Virus record (IMG/VR): IMGVR_UViG_3300033073_001153
Span: 178,608-242,607 of that record
DNA length: 64,000 bases
Reading direction: 5' to 3' (one strand)
DNA from: a virus
Taxonomy: Duplodnaviria > Caudoviricetes
The position numbers were made by a program, and so were the translations under genes. Positions 30,989-42,480 of this stretch are shown here, in pieces. Under the pieces are notes generated by a model that searched no databases, had not been told where the DNA came from, and was given only the letters and a program-made list of their open reading frames with translations. Position 1 is the stretch's first letter, and every line of letters begins with the position of its first letter.

Positions 30989-31462
30989 TTATTTAATAAT
31001 CAAGTTAAAATTATCACCTTTAGCTGTATCTATTATAGAAAAAATAGAATTTTGTGAATTATCTAAAAATTGAGCAGCACCTATTTCTAAAACTTCATAT
31101 TCAGAATAAAAAGATTCTTTTGCTATCTTAACTATTGCCTGATATTTAAACTGATTAAAATTAGAATAAGTTATGTATATTGTAGGATAATATACAATAT
31201 AATAATTATTTAAATCTGGATAATATTTCCTTTTAAATACTTCGGATACTACTTTTCTATCGTCTCCAAAGGTAAATTCTTTAATTAAAAGTGGACTATC
31301 ATCATTAAAATCAATTATAATTTTAGCTACAGAATATTCTCCTTCGGCTAATTGAGTTAAATCAAAAGAAATTTCCGTTTCTCCTTTAAAAAGTCTAATG
31401 TTTTCGACTTTTCCTCCTAAAGTTCCGTTATATTGTGCTCCTAATGTATAAATGGTATTCAT
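30989..31462 (-). CDS. Hypothetical structural protein
   Basis: 157-aa ORF tightly packed in the operon. Confidence 0.65.
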   Translation of the reverse strand: MNTIYTLGAQYNGTLGGKVENIRLFKGETEISFDLTQLAEGEYSVAKIIIDFNDDSPLLIKEFTFGDDRKVVSEVFKRKYYPDLNNYYIVYYPTIYITYSNFNQFKYQAIVKIAKESFYSEYEVLEIGAAQFLDNSQNSIFSIIDTAKGDNFNLIIK

Positions 31463-31464
31463 TA

Positions 31465-34188
31465 TTATGAAAATGATAATATTCCGTTGTTATAATTTAA
31501 AATTGCATTAGAATTTATGTCATTTAAACTGATTCCATTGTCATAAATACTAGGCTTATCGTAAAAATTTATTGTTTTGAATACTTCTGTTCCAGAAAAA
31601 TTAAAGAATTTTATATCATGATCTAATATTTCAGAACCATTGTAAGTAAACTTAAACTGATATATATACCCAAATTCGTTTTCATCTTCAACAGTTGCCA
31701 ACACACAATACATATTATTTCTAGAATTGTATGTTAATACTGGTTGGTTTATTCTAAAAATTTTAATATCATTTAAATTAGAATTATTTTGATAAGAACT
31801 TAACTCTAAAATTGAAGTTATTTCAGTTTTATTACAATTAGTATAATCTATACTATATATTTTAGGAATTATGCAAAAATTATTAGATTCTCCGCTCAAT
31901 ACGCTGAGAGAAGCCACCATAGCATAATCTCTATTTTCAAAAATAAATGGATCTGATATATTATAAATAAACTTACTTATATATCCTGTAGAAAATGAAT
32001 TGCTAGAAGTTCCAGAGTACACAAATTTATTATCTACGTAGTTTATTTTTTCAAAAATAATATTATTTTTTGTTCTAATCCAAATAAAATCATTGAAAAT
32101 GTTAAAATCTAATATTTCAGTAAAATCATCATCATATTTATTTTGAAATTGAACAGATAAACTCTCTAATAATGTGGAAACTTTTCCAGAAACAACATCT
32201 CTGACATAAATCATTCCATATGAATGTTTTATATCATAAAAATTTTTACCATCATCAGAAACATTATCAGAAGATATCGTAAAACTATTAGATAATAATT
32301 CTTTTATTTTAAAATGTGTTTGTGTTTCAAAATCAAATTCTTCATCACAAGTATCTGTTATCAATCCCCCATCAAATTCTTTATATTTTAAAGATGATAA
32401 TATATAATTATTATTAAATTCTGGTTTAAATCCTGTAGAAGTTCCACTCAAACCTCTTTCCATTATTCCTTTGTAATATCCGCCTACGCTTCCTTCTATT
32501 CCTATATTATAGTAATAATCAGACGCAAATACATTAGGATCTACCCATTTTTCATTTCCTATTGAAACTTTTTCCGGTAACGGACCATTTTGAAAAAATC
32601 TAATAGGTCCGCCATCATAATATTCACATACATCCACACTTAACGAATCATAAATTGTTGTATCAATTAAATTACGCTTAGATTTATCTTTAAATAATCC
32701 ATATTGATTTCCATATATATCAGTTCCCCATTTAACTAATATTCCTTTATCATATAATTCAGAAAAATTAGTTTTTAATCCTTCCTCGTTTGTATTTAAA
32801 TTATTATGTAACTGATTTTTAGAAAAATAACTATAAAAATCTTGTGTGAAAGGATTTGAATTTATATCTCCTTCTGCATAGAAAGTACTTTCATTTTTAA
32901 CAGATCTTGTATAATCACAAATATGTATTAAAGGATACTCAGAATCAAAAACTCTACTCAATCCAGAGGTATTACCGTATCTATCCGGATCTGGAAAAAT
33001 ATAAAGTTTATTTGGTTCTAATTTAGATTCATCTATTTTAAATTTTTTATCTGGAACTGAATAATAAAGAATGCTATTCTTTTCTGGTGTAAAAAATAAA
33101 CCAATTCTTCGACACGATTGAAGATCAGATTCTTCTTCTATTGTTGCAGTTGTAGGAAAATGTCTATTAAGTAGATTACCAGAAGGATTTTCTGCCTCAA
33201 ATAATATAGAAGAAGTAACATCAGTAATTGTACTTCCTGTTGTTATATAATAAAAATCACATCCAATATATTTTTTTATTAAAGCTCTTCTTAAAGTTAC
33301 TAATCTTTCTGCTTTAGATTTATTACTTGTTACTAAGTCATAAAGCTTTTCGTCTGGTTTACAATCTAGATTTACTTTATTTAAATCATAATTAATAGTA
33401 AATATACGTCCTAATTCAGATAAGAAAACAATTACATTTTCAAACAATTGATTAGTAACTGCTTGATCAAAATTAATGAAAATATTAGCATCAATTTCAT
33501 TTAAGTTAGAAGAATAAAGTTTTTTTCTTAGTTCAGTTTTAACATCATATGTTTCGTATGATTCATTTGGATCATTATCTAAATAACTAGTATATAAATC
33601 ATACAATTCTTCTACTTCAATGTTGAGATCTTTTAATAATTCTTCTTCGTTTACTAATTTTTGATAAGATCCTACTTCTAAAATATCAGAAAACACCACA
33701 TCAGTTACGGTTTCGTAAACTGCTTTTTCTAAACTTAATGGTATTCCCTTTATTTTATTCTTTTCTATTTTAAATTTTAATTTTTCTCTTTTTTGAGAAT
33801 AAAAATCACAAACTTCTCTTATTTTTTTAGAATAAAAAGGAATTATAATATCTAGATCATATGGATCATTAAAATCTATATTAGAAAGAAACCGTTTTTC
33901 ATCTAATGTGGAGTATTTTAGAGTTATATCTTTAAGTAAACTTAAATATCTTTCTTGTATAATATTATCAGTTTCTTCTTTTGTGTTATTTTTCTGTATA
34001 TTCCATTGTTTTATGTAATCTACATACAAATCATTTAATTGTAATGGAGATAAATTTGCATTTATATTTTTTATAAAATCGAAAAAAGAAAACGGAGCCA
34101 TAGTGTCCAAATAATCTTGTCTAGGAGTATCTGGATTTATTATGGAATTTGTTGGCGTTATTTTCGAAAATATAAATGATTCCGACAC
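31465..34188 (-). CDS. Putative baseplate protein
   Basis: 907-aa ORF downstream of gp6, with TAAATA upstream. Confidence 0.6.
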   Translation of the reverse strand: MSESFIFSKITPTNSIINPDTPRQDYLDTMAPFSFFDFIKNINANLSPLQLNDLYVDYIKQWNIQKNNTKEETDNIIQERYLSLLKDITLKYSTLDEKRFLSNIDFNDPYDLDIIIPFYSKKIREVCDFYSQKREKLKFKIEKNKIKGIPLSLEKAVYETVTDVVFSDILEVGSYQKLVNEEELLKDLNIEVEELYDLYTSYLDNDPNESYETYDVKTELRKKLYSSNLNEIDANIFINFDQAVTNQLFENVIVFLSELGRIFTINYDLNKVNLDCKPDEKLYDLVTSNKSKAERLVTLRRALIKKYIGCDFYYITTGSTITDVTSSILFEAENPSGNLLNRHFPTTATIEEESDLQSCRRIGLFFTPEKNSILYYSVPDKKFKIDESKLEPNKLYIFPDPDRYGNTSGLSRVFDSEYPLIHICDYTRSVKNESTFYAEGDINSNPFTQDFYSYFSKNQLHNNLNTNEEGLKTNFSELYDKGILVKWGTDIYGNQYGLFKDKSKRNLIDTTIYDSLSVDVCEYYDGGPIRFFQNGPLPEKVSIGNEKWVDPNVFASDYYYNIGIEGSVGGYYKGIMERGLSGTSTGFKPEFNNNYILSSLKYKEFDGGLITDTCDEEFDFETQTHFKIKELLSNSFTISSDNVSDDGKNFYDIKHSYGMIYVRDVVSGKVSTLLESLSVQFQNKYDDDFTEILDFNIFNDFIWIRTKNNIIFEKINYVDNKFVYSGTSSNSFSTGYISKFIYNISDPFIFENRDYAMVASLSVLSGESNNFCIIPKIYSIDYTNCNKTEITSILELSSYQNNSNLNDIKIFRINQPVLTYNSRNNMYCVLATVEDENEFGYIYQFKFTYNGSEILDHDIKFFNFSGTEVFKTINFYDKPSIYDNGISLNDINSNAILNYNNGILSFS

Positions 34189-34193
34189 ATCAA

Positions 34194-37100
34194 TTATTTA
34201 ATGTTTTCAACTCCTTTTACTAAAGCAAAGGATATCATATCTTCTCTTATATTATTCCATTCTTCCACAGAAGAAATATATTCATTTATAGTAGTATCTC
34301 TATCAGCCCAATTTATAACTCCTTCTGTTTGAATAAAATTAGGAGTAGGAATGTACTGATAAAATATATAATATTTAGATATATCTTCTGGCTGATATGT
34401 ATCAGGAAGCTGTAAACCCCATCCCCAATATGGATGATATGTACTTAATGCATATGTTTTATTAACAGGATCTATAAAATTTATATATTCAGTACTTAAT
34501 AACTTAGTGTTTAATAAAGTATAATTTTCGCTAAATTTTTCGTAAGCTATTATATCATACCCTCCAGCAGTTAAAGAAGCGGTCAAAACCGTAGTTAATA
34601 AATCTAATTCCAACCCCTTATTATATCCATATATTACTTCTCCACCATTTTTAATAATTTCTTGATTGTAATATCCTCTATCATTAAAATTTTGTGTGAA
34701 ATAATCACGACTTCCTTTTAATTTTGTAAAAGGTATAGAAAAAATATCAACCAACCGTCCAACTTTTGCAGGAAAATTAAATTGTTCTCCGCTATATGAT
34801 AAAAATTCTTCATCAAGCATTTCATGCATAGATTTTAATGCTCTGATGTTACAAGAATCAATACTATTAATATTACTGCAAAAATTTGCTATTTTTTCAT
34901 AAACACTTTTTCCTAAATCTGTCGGTTCTGACGATAAAGTTCCCAAAGATTCACCAATAAATTCAAATACTTTATTAGATTCCAACAAATAATCCTGAAA
35001 ACGATAAGAAATTAATTGATTTTTAGGATCAAAATTTTCATTTACTTTTCTTATATCATATTTTCCGTCATCTTTGTCATAAATAGTAAATTTATTACTT
35101 TTCCCCGTTACTTTATTAGTTTGAGCAAGTATATGACAATATTTGTTTATGTGTCTAAATCCATTCCAATCTCCATATCCATTTATTTTATCTTGAATAC
35201 GATTTGGATCGTATGATCCAATTTTTAAAAAATCTACATAATTAGATACAAATCCATATGTATCAATATCAGCATTAAAATAATGCAATTTTCTATTAAC
35301 ATTATCAATAACTAAAATATTATTATCAGTAGTAGCCGCAATACCTTCTAAATCACTTATATAATTAGAAGATAAATCAGAAGAATTAGACTGTAAATAA
35401 AAATTTTGAAATGTATCAAATGTGGTATTTATTCTTACTACTTCGTTTCTGTTTCTTGTAGCCCAAATGTTTTCCATCGGATCTACTGTGATATTCCACA
35501 AACTTCCACTTATAGAATAATATGTAATATCAGAACCATCACTGCTTATTTTAACAATTTTGTCATTTTTAGTACTTAATACTTCTGAATGTGTTGTATT
35601 ATCTTTGATAATGCACCAAGCATTTCCTTTTAAATCTGTAACTAATTCAGTATTTTGATAAGATGGAGAAAATACTTTACAAAATAAGAAATTTCCATTT
35701 ATATCATATTTTTCAACGAATGCAGATAATTGATTAGAATAAGAAACCCAAACATTATTTTGTTTATCTGTATCTACAGAAGCAGGTGTGACTGTATTTT
35801 CATAATCTACTACTCTATTTGCTAAAGAAGGTGTTATAACCTTGTCAACTAAATTAGATATATTATTAATTCTAATAGTACTTATAGAATCATAAAGAGT
35901 TACCCAAACATTTCCAAATTTATCGCTACAAATATTAGAAGGCGAAGAATTTTCTGGTATATCAAATTTATCATAAACCACCTTCATTGTACTTGGTATT
36001 AATTTTACAATCTTTTGCCTGTCTCCATCAACAACCCATGCAAATGCCTCTTCTGAAGCGTCTGGGCGGCGTCTTGTGGTGACACAAGATGTATAAATAC
36101 CAGACAAACCGGGAATGTCATATACTTTATCTTCTAAAGTTTTTTTAGTTTTATCTGTAGGATCTATTTGAACTGTTAAATTATGAACCTTTTCAAATTG
36201 AGGTTGTCCTATAATACCGTAAGAAGTGTTTACAATGTATAATTCATCTCTATCAAACGCAACTTCCCCATATATATGAACATTTTCTTGAATATTAGGA
36301 GAAATTAAATATCCTTTGAAATAACCTCCGAATTCTTCAGATGATAAAATTCCATAATTTGAATAAAACTCTACATTTGATATTTTTTGATTTCTTTCAT
36401 CTCTCAATTCTAAATATATTTGTCCTGCTAAAATATCAGGAGAATTAGTCAATTTAAATGTAGGAGCATATTTCGAATTTGTTACTACATTATCTTCGTT
36501 GACATCTTTTACACGAACAACAAAAGGAATTTTAGTATCTGTTCTTTTTTGTGTGTTAATATCAAATGTGTGTATTCTATTTCCTTCTCCATCTGAATCT
36601 ATGCCATTAGAAGTAATGGTCAAATGACTTGGATTTAATTGTTGAATTAAGACAGAAAATGAATTAGAATCGGATATATCATTTAAAATTGAATATTGTG
36701 ATTCTTTATAATCGTCACTTATTTTAAATTTTGATGTATCAAATGATGTATAAATTGTAGCAGCAACACTTTCATACATATTATCGACTAACTTTGGAAC
36801 ATCATCTATATAATAAAATAATTTTCTACCAGAAGTTCCTACAAAACAAGATCCTGAATCATTTTTATTACAAAAAATTAACTTATTATTAAAAAGTTTA
36901 ACATATAGTTCCGTATTGTCTTCTGTTTTTAATGAATTTACTGGAGTTCTTTCTTCTTTTTCTGTAATGGTGTTCAAAACCATTGTTTCAAACCTAGAAG
37001 ATGGTTTCAAATGTCCCCATTTATCTTTATCATATTTATTTTTATCTAAAAGGGGTGCATTATTTCCACTAACATTTAAATTTATAGTATATCCATAACT

Positions 37101-37517
37101 AGATAATATTGGATAACTTTGCCAACTGTTAAAACGATAAACAACGAATGGATTCTGTAACGTACCTGCTTCTGTTTTGTTATTAAAACCAGATAAAACC
37201 AAGGTATCCGATACAAAATCTTTAACTAAAATAGATTGTGAAAAAGAAGACTCATATCCATTACCATTTTTTCCTAAAACATAACATTTAACATTATACC
37301 AATTAGGATATTTAAAATTGTGTACTGCTGTTACTGATTCTGATGTAGTCCCATCACCAAAATCCCATAAAATTCTATATTTAGAATAATCAATACTAGT
37401 TCCATCATCAAATACAGGAATAAATGTAAATGGAGTTATAGGTAACGTATATCCACTAGTAGTATAAGTTCCAGTATGATCTAATGTATAAAAATATATG
37501 TACCTAGAATCTTCCAT
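34194..37517 (-). CDS. Large baseplate protein with PKD domain and beta-propeller (positional gp7 analogue)
   Basis: WDFGDGTTS PKD motif; DKFGNVWVTLY, DKQNNVWVSY and DLKGNAWC propeller repeats; follows gp6. Confidence 0.6.
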   Translation of the reverse strand: MEDSRYIYFYTLDHTGTYTTSGYTLPITPFTFIPVFDDGTSIDYSKYRILWDFGDGTTSESVTAVHNFKYPNWYNVKCYVLGKNGNGYESSFSQSILVKDFVSDTLVLSGFNNKTEAGTLQNPFVVYRFNSWQSYPILSSYGYTINLNVSGNNAPLLDKNKYDKDKWGHLKPSSRFETMVLNTITEKEERTPVNSLKTEDNTELYVKLFNNKLIFCNKNDSGSCFVGTSGRKLFYYIDDVPKLVDNMYESVAATIYTSFDTSKFKISDDYKESQYSILNDISDSNSFSVLIQQLNPSHLTITSNGIDSDGEGNRIHTFDINTQKRTDTKIPFVVRVKDVNEDNVVTNSKYAPTFKLTNSPDILAGQIYLELRDERNQKISNVEFYSNYGILSSEEFGGYFKGYLISPNIQENVHIYGEVAFDRDELYIVNTSYGIIGQPQFEKVHNLTVQIDPTDKTKKTLEDKVYDIPGLSGIYTSCVTTRRRPDASEEAFAWVVDGDRQKIVKLIPSTMKVVYDKFDIPENSSPSNICSDKFGNVWVTLYDSISTIRINNISNLVDKVITPSLANRVVDYENTVTPASVDTDKQNNVWVSYSNQLSAFVEKYDINGNFLFCKVFSPSYQNTELVTDLKGNAWCIIKDNTTHSEVLSTKNDKIVKISSDGSDITYYSISGSLWNITVDPMENIWATRNRNEVVRINTTFDTFQNFYLQSNSSDLSSNYISDLEGIAATTDNNILVIDNVNRKLHYFNADIDTYGFVSNYVDFLKIGSYDPNRIQDKINGYGDWNGFRHINKYCHILAQTNKVTGKSNKFTIYDKDDGKYDIRKVNENFDPKNQLISYRFQDYLLESNKVFEFIGESLGTLSSEPTDLGKSVYEKIANFCSNINSIDSCNIRALKSMHEMLDEEFLSYSGEQFNFPAKVGRLVDIFSIPFTKLKGSRDYFTQNFNDRGYYNQEIIKNGGEVIYGYNKGLELDLLTTVLTASLTAGGYDIIAYEKFSENYTLLNTKLLSTEYINFIDPVNKTYALSTYHPYWGWGLQLPDTYQPEDISKYYIFYQYIPTPNFIQTEGVINWADRDTTINEYISSVEEWNNIREDMISFALVKGVENIK

Positions 37518-37518
37518 T

Positions 37519-39345
37519 TTAAATCACCTCTATTTTGTTAATCAAATTTGAAATTTCATAAAAGAAAGGAAATTCGAAAAATTTTAATGTTATATTTTGT
37601 CCCAATGAAGTTACAGGAGAACTAGTATATAAGGGATTCCAATAGATAAAATTTAATTTAGATACTTTATATTCTAATGAATTTACAGTTCGTACAGTTT
37701 CTAATGATTTGACTCCTGTTAAATTTAATATATCAAAACTTAACTGGGATAAATCCAAAAATTGACCTAATTCGTTATTACTTTGTGAAAAAAAGTTTAT
37801 TATATAAGAAGCCACAGAACCTTTTATTTGTTCTTTCGAAATAATTTCATTTGGATCTCTAGTTATTCTTATCTTTGTTTCTTTTCTTATGTCTGGTGTT
37901 ACTTCAGTTTCACTCAAAGCAGGCAATCCAATATCAAATGCTATATAAATAGGATCAGAAATAACTACATTTTGATTCACCATTTTAACAGTGTTTAATT
38001 TATTAATAATAGATTGCTTTTGTGCAAAAAATAAATCTACTGGAGTTGTTTCATTTACAATAGCACCCAATCTAGGAACACAAAATAGATAAACATTATT
38101 AAAATCACATGCATCATTAAAAGAAACTTGATTAAACAATAATTTATCGTCTAAATTAGGACGTTCTAAACCTAAATCATAAAAATAAGCCAAATATTGA
38201 GAAGTATAATCTTTATTAGAGACTGCTTTTACACTTTGAATTATATTTGAGAAGTTCTTATCAACAAATGATTCATAATCATATGTAGTAACTGCACGAT
38301 TTTGAGAAGAAAATGTTAAAGGTGCATTTTTTCTAATATTTTCTACACTTTCTATAAAAGTAGCAGGAACTGATTCGTATTGATTATCAAATTTTAATTT
38401 TAAAATATCATTAGCAGTTATATAATTTGAATTTTCGTTTTTTATATTTTCAAAAATTTCAGAAAACAAAGGAGTATTAAACAATATCATTTTTCCTGCT
38501 TTTGAAGCATTTGTTCCGACAACTCCACGTCTTCCGTCACTTTCTAGATAATATATAGAAACGTAATCACCTTTGTTTAATTTTTTCCCATTAATATCAT
38601 TTCCAAATTTAATTTCATAATGACCATACTCATTTAAACGCTTTTCAAATACTTTTGAAATGCTATTTGCAATATATAATGTATTAACTTCTTTCCATTC
38701 AGACCATTTTTCTGTATTAACATCTCTTACAAATACAAATATATTGTTATAATCCACCATCTTGTAAGAAACATCACCAGAATAATCTATATTGACTGTG
38801 AATTGTTCGAAATTTTCACCAATTCCAACATAAATCGGATATTCCCTAAATATTCCCTGATATAAAAGATTATTAGTTCCTATAGAATCTATTAATTCTT
38901 CGGTTGTGGTTGTTTTTTGGAAGTTAATGTCAGTATTAAAAGAATACGGAACATTTCCTAATATAATATTAGAAAATCTAGGTATTGTGTAAGAATATCC
39001 ATAAGCTAATGAAGCTTCTGCACTTACAGAAACATTTAAACTAGCCGTACAATTTCCCGTTGGCTTGTATCCTATCAAAGATACGATTTTATTCATGTTT
39101 TCAAATAATTCAGCTTGTGAAAACATCGAATCTGATGCAGTTTGATTCAAATAAAATAATAAAACATGATAAGAATAAGCAATAACATCAACTAAACCAT
39201 TCATGTTGCTTCCTTCATAATCTATGTCAGGAAACAAACCACTACTTTTAATACGATTTGTTATTAATTGTTTTAAACTAACCGCATCAAATGCTGCATA
39301 AGCATTTCTTGGTAAATTAAATTCTGTGAAAGTTGAAGTACTCAT
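37519..39345 (-). CDS. gp6: Baseplate wedge subunit gp6-like
   Basis: D.DYEGSN...L.DV.AY, LIGYKP, YEIKFGND..GK, ES.E.IRKNAP..FSSQNRAVT..DYE. Confidence 0.9.
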   Translation of the reverse strand: MSTSTFTEFNLPRNAYAAFDAVSLKQLITNRIKSSGLFPDIDYEGSNMNGLVDVIAYSYHVLLFYLNQTASDSMFSQAELFENMNKIVSLIGYKPTGNCTASLNVSVSAEASLAYGYSYTIPRFSNIILGNVPYSFNTDINFQKTTTTEELIDSIGTNNLLYQGIFREYPIYVGIGENFEQFTVNIDYSGDVSYKMVDYNNIFVFVRDVNTEKWSEWKEVNTLYIANSISKVFEKRLNEYGHYEIKFGNDINGKKLNKGDYVSIYYLESDGRRGVVGTNASKAGKMILFNTPLFSEIFENIKNENSNYITANDILKLKFDNQYESVPATFIESVENIRKNAPLTFSSQNRAVTTYDYESFVDKNFSNIIQSVKAVSNKDYTSQYLAYFYDLGLERPNLDDKLLFNQVSFNDACDFNNVYLFCVPRLGAIVNETTPVDLFFAQKQSIINKLNTVKMVNQNVVISDPIYIAFDIGLPALSETEVTPDIRKETKIRITRDPNEIISKEQIKGSVASYIINFFSQSNNELGQFLDLSQLSFDILNLTGVKSLETVRTVNSLEYKVSKLNFIYWNPLYTSSPVTSLGQNITLKFFEFPFFYEISNLINKIEVI

Positions 39346-39348
39346 GTT

Positions 39349-39828
39349 TTAGTTCCTAAATATATATCCATTACGGCTCAATGTACCAAACATAGATATG
39401 TTATGTATATTTAGAGTTGGTACGTTATAGTAAATGTTAATATCAAATTCATTTACATCTTCTAAAATAGTTATATTAACATTTACTATTTTAACTCTTG
39501 GTTCAAATCTAGCAACTTGTGAATATATTTCATCTCTTATGTATTTTGCTATATCAACCGTAGCTGGAATGAACAAATATTGTTTAAAATCCAATCCATA
39601 TTCAGGATTTAATATCTTTTCGCCCGGAGTAGTTGTAAAAAGATTATATAAAGAATTTTTTATCGCATCTATATCATAATCTACTTTGAAATCGTTAATT
39701 TCTCTGTTTTCAAATAAGTTAGAAGATATATTATACTTTTCTTGTAAATCTAAATGAAGATCGGCATATAAATATGTCTTACCAGCATTACTTTTTTGTG
39801 GTAATCTATTTAATATTATCTTTCCCAT
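39349..39828 (-). CDS. gp25: Baseplate wedge subunit gp25-like
   Basis: YADLHLD...AIKNSL.NLF.T.PGEK.LNP.YG...FEPRV. Confidence 0.9.
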   Translation of the reverse strand: MGKIILNRLPQKSNAGKTYLYADLHLDLQEKYNISSNLFENREINDFKVDYDIDAIKNSLYNLFTTTPGEKILNPEYGLDFKQYLFIPATVDIAKYIRDEIYSQVARFEPRVKIVNVNITILEDVNEFDINIYYNVPTLNIHNISMFGTLSRNGYIFRN

Positions 39829-39833
39829 TAAAA

Positions 39834-39855
39834 TATTTAATGATAGGACTAAATA
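39834..39855. promoter_or_regulatory. Back-to-back divergent TAAATA late-promoter motifs
   Basis: TATTTA at 39834-39839 (5 nt from the gp25 ATG) and TAAATA at 39850-39855 (5 nt from ATG 39861). Confidence 0.65.
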
Positions 39856-39860
39856 TTCTT

Positions 39861-40418
39861 ATGGAAAAAAAGTTTATTAAACTTATTGAGACAACAATTA
39901 CCCGTGTTACACGTGGTGGGTTTCTTTTAGGTGATTATGTAGAATTTGTTAAGAATTATACATCAAAAAAAGAATACAAAGATCTCAATGATTCCGTAAA
40001 AGAAGCTATCGACGATCTTGCTAAATCAAAATTAAACGTAAGAGTTGTTGGAATTAATGATAAACAACCTCTAAGATATCCCGGAAATGCCGATTTAATG
40101 ACCGGAGATGTTGTATTAGCTCTTGCTGAAGATCAAGGAGGCGGAAGAACTCATGGAAATGTATTTGTTCCCTCTTGTTTGTGTAAAGTAGTCGATCATT
40201 ATCCAAATCAAGCTCCACTTCCAGATGAATGGAATTATGATAACAAAGAAATTCATAAACCAGTAGAAGTTAAAGCCGTAGATGGTGGTTCTTCTGGTAT
40301 TACTTACGAATTACCAAAAACTGATACAAAAATTAAACCGTCTTCTTCAAAGAAAAAGACGGTTAATGAAGAATCTTATACTTCTGATTACTTATCAGGT
40401 ATGGAATATCTTCGATAA
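39861..40418 (+). CDS. Hypothetical late protein (start revised from 39774 to 39861)
   Basis: MEKKFIKLIE start follows TAAATA by 5 nt; the longer call would overlap gp25. Confidence 0.7.
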   Translation: MEKKFIKLIETTITRVTRGGFLLGDYVEFVKNYTSKKEYKDLNDSVKEAIDDLAKSKLNVRVVGINDKQPLRYPGNADLMTGDVVLALAEDQGGGRTHGNVFVPSCLCKVVDHYPNQAPLPDEWNYDNKEIHKPVEVKAVDGGSSGITYELPKTDTKIKPSSSKKKTVNEESYTSDYLSGMEYLR

Positions 40419-41135
40419 AGTAACCATACACACAAAACTATTGATTTCTACATCCATAACGAACGAATGACGATCCATGTGATGTCCAATAGTCATAATT
40501 GCTTCTTTTTTCTTTAAAGAATCAATGTTTTTAGTGTAAATTAAGTTTAAAAGATTCTTCAAAAGATTGTGATAATCAGCTTGGAATACGTTTTCATGCT
40601 TAATTACAAATTCACGAAAATCTAAATCATCACTTTTTTGAATTTTTTCTAGCAATTCTTCGATAAATTCGTTAGGAAGTGACGTATCTCTAATATTAAG
40701 TGTTCCAGATATGCTATATTTTTGTAATTCATTCAGAATTTTTCTAAAATCTGGAAAATTATTCCTAATTAATGTCTGAAATAAATAAACTTGCTCTTTT
40801 GGAATCTTAATTTTTTCTTTTGTTAAGATTTTAGCACAATGTTTAGCTACATCATTAATGTTATGCTCTAAATTAACAGTTTGGCATCTGCTTTGAATAG
40901 CATCAATGATTCTATGTTTATAATTTGCTGTTAAAATAAACCTAGTATTATGAGCATATTCTTCAAGGGTATTTCTGAGTGCTCTCATTCCATCAGATGA
41001 AAATCCGTCACAATTCGAAGTAAGAACTTGTTTATTCCCCACAAAAAAATTGTGGGTTTCATCAACACTAAGGTCGTATACGTGGGACTTTGCTTCTAGT
41101 TTAGTAATTTTTTTAATTTTTAAAGTATTTATCAT
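40395..41135 (-). CDS. gp44: Split-intein C-half (41 aa) fused to clamp loader gp44 C-terminal part (alternative start 41159)
   Basis: MINTLKIKKI...VYDLSVDETHNFFVG...LTSN (blocks F/G), then CDGFS..MRALRNTLEEY...RFILTANY...IQSRC...NFPDFRKILNELQ. Confidence 0.9.
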   Translation of the reverse strand: MINTLKIKKITKLEAKSHVYDLSVDETHNFFVGNKQVLTSNCDGFSSDGMRALRNTLEEYAHNTRFILTANYKHRIIDAIQSRCQTVNLEHNINDVAKHCAKILTKEKIKIPKEQVYLFQTLIRNNFPDFRKILNELQKYSISGTLNIRDTSLPNEFIEELLEKIQKSDDLDFREFVIKHENVFQADYHNLLKNLLNLIYTKNIDSLKKKEAIMTIGHHMDRHSFVMDVEINSFVCMVTLSKIFHT

Positions 41136-42480
41136 GATAAATTTTTTTAATAGTAGCATCCTTGATCATTTTATTAAACTGTTCAATATTATCCTCATCT
41201 TTTAAAATTTTGTCAACATCAATATAATCTAAAATATTAGTCTCATTTATCCAAATGAATTTTATTCCCGTTTCTTTACAATAGTTTTGTAAACACATCA
41301 TCTTGTCAATTTCAATATTATATCGATTTCTGGGCTTTAATTCATACATCGTATTAGTACTTTCATCAAAAAAATCACTCACATATGTTTTGTTTTCTCC
41401 TTTAACTCGGATTGTTTCGTATACCATATGTCTATTTGAATAATAAAAACAAGCTTCCCAAGAACTTCTGAATCTTATAATAGTTCCATCTTCAAACTTT
41501 ATTTTAGAGTCCCAATGAGTCCATGTATTTGTAATAGGCGGTGTAAATCTTCCTTCTTCTATAGTTTTTTTCATACTAATAGAAGACTTTTTACTACATT
41601 CCATTTTATGCTTCTTTCCTTCTTCGGTTTTATAAAAATCTAACATCTTTTTAGATTTTTCTTGCCTTCTTTGAATACCTTTTTCACTTTGATTAAATTT
41701 TTTCCCAACTTCGGATAATTTTTTTCTATGTTCTGGAGTTCTAAATGCCGAACGATCTGTAAGGTGTATCCATACACGTTGTTTTATCTCTTCTAATGTA
41801 TATTTTTTAAAGCCAACCCATCCTTTATATGAAGATGTATATGAAAATTCTTCTTCCGTTAACAATTTTCCAGAATATGCACTATAATGCGGTTCTTGTA
41901 GCAAGAACATAAATCTATTCAAAGAAATTCTAGACATTTTTGCTTTAAAAGCTCCTACCCATATTCCATTAGATTTATATACTTTATTAGTTAAAGGACA
42001 CCAAAATTTCTCATTTTGGCTTTTATATTGATTCAAAAGATTTTGTATTTCTTCTTCAGAAAAATCTCTAGGAACAATACGTATAGTAGGCTTATTTATT
42101 TTTTTAAATAAGCGTAATTGTTTATTTCTTTGTGAAATAATTTCTTTATTTTTTTCTCTATACTCTTTATTTTTCTTAGAAAGAATTTCTTTATTTTTAC
42201 GATAATATTCTCGATTTTTTTCAAGAATTTCTTCTTTATGGGTTTCGCGATATTCTCTTGATCTTATTTTATTTTTTTCTAAATTTTTTCTACGATAAAT
42301 TCTAGCTCTCTCTCTATGAGATTCTATATTCTTCTGTCTTAATTCTTTAGATTGTTGCTTTATCTTTTCTTTATTTTTCTGATAATACTCACGTCTATAT
42401 TGAGCACAGTGTTCTTTATTTTCTAATCTAAATTTTTTAGATCTTTCGTTTTTGGATAATTTTTTGGGTTCTTCTTCCAT
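41113..42480 (-). CDS. Free-standing putative homing endonuclease (TnsA-like PD-(D/E)XK C-terminal domain)
   Basis: N-terminal REYYxKNKExI repeats, NUMOD3-like HRKKLSE, and C-terminal FRSSWE...YET...YVSDF...YELKP; own TAAATA at 42488-42493. Confidence 0.75.
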   Translation of the reverse strand: MEEEPKKLSKNERSKKFRLENKEHCAQYRREYYQKNKEKIKQQSKELRQKNIESHRERARIYRRKNLEKNKIRSREYRETHKEEILEKNREYYRKNKEILSKKNKEYREKNKEIISQRNKQLRLFKKINKPTIRIVPRDFSEEEIQNLLNQYKSQNEKFWCPLTNKVYKSNGIWVGAFKAKMSRISLNRFMFLLQEPHYSAYSGKLLTEEEFSYTSSYKGWVGFKKYTLEEIKQRVWIHLTDRSAFRTPEHRKKLSEVGKKFNQSEKGIQRRQEKSKKMLDFYKTEEGKKHKMECSKKSSISMKKTIEEGRFTPPITNTWTHWDSKIKFEDGTIIRFRSSWEACFYYSNRHMVYETIRVKGENKTYVSDFFDESTNTMYELKPRNRYNIEIDKMMCLQNYCKETGIKFIWINETNILDYIDVDKILKDEDNIEQFNKMIKDATIKKIYHDKYFKN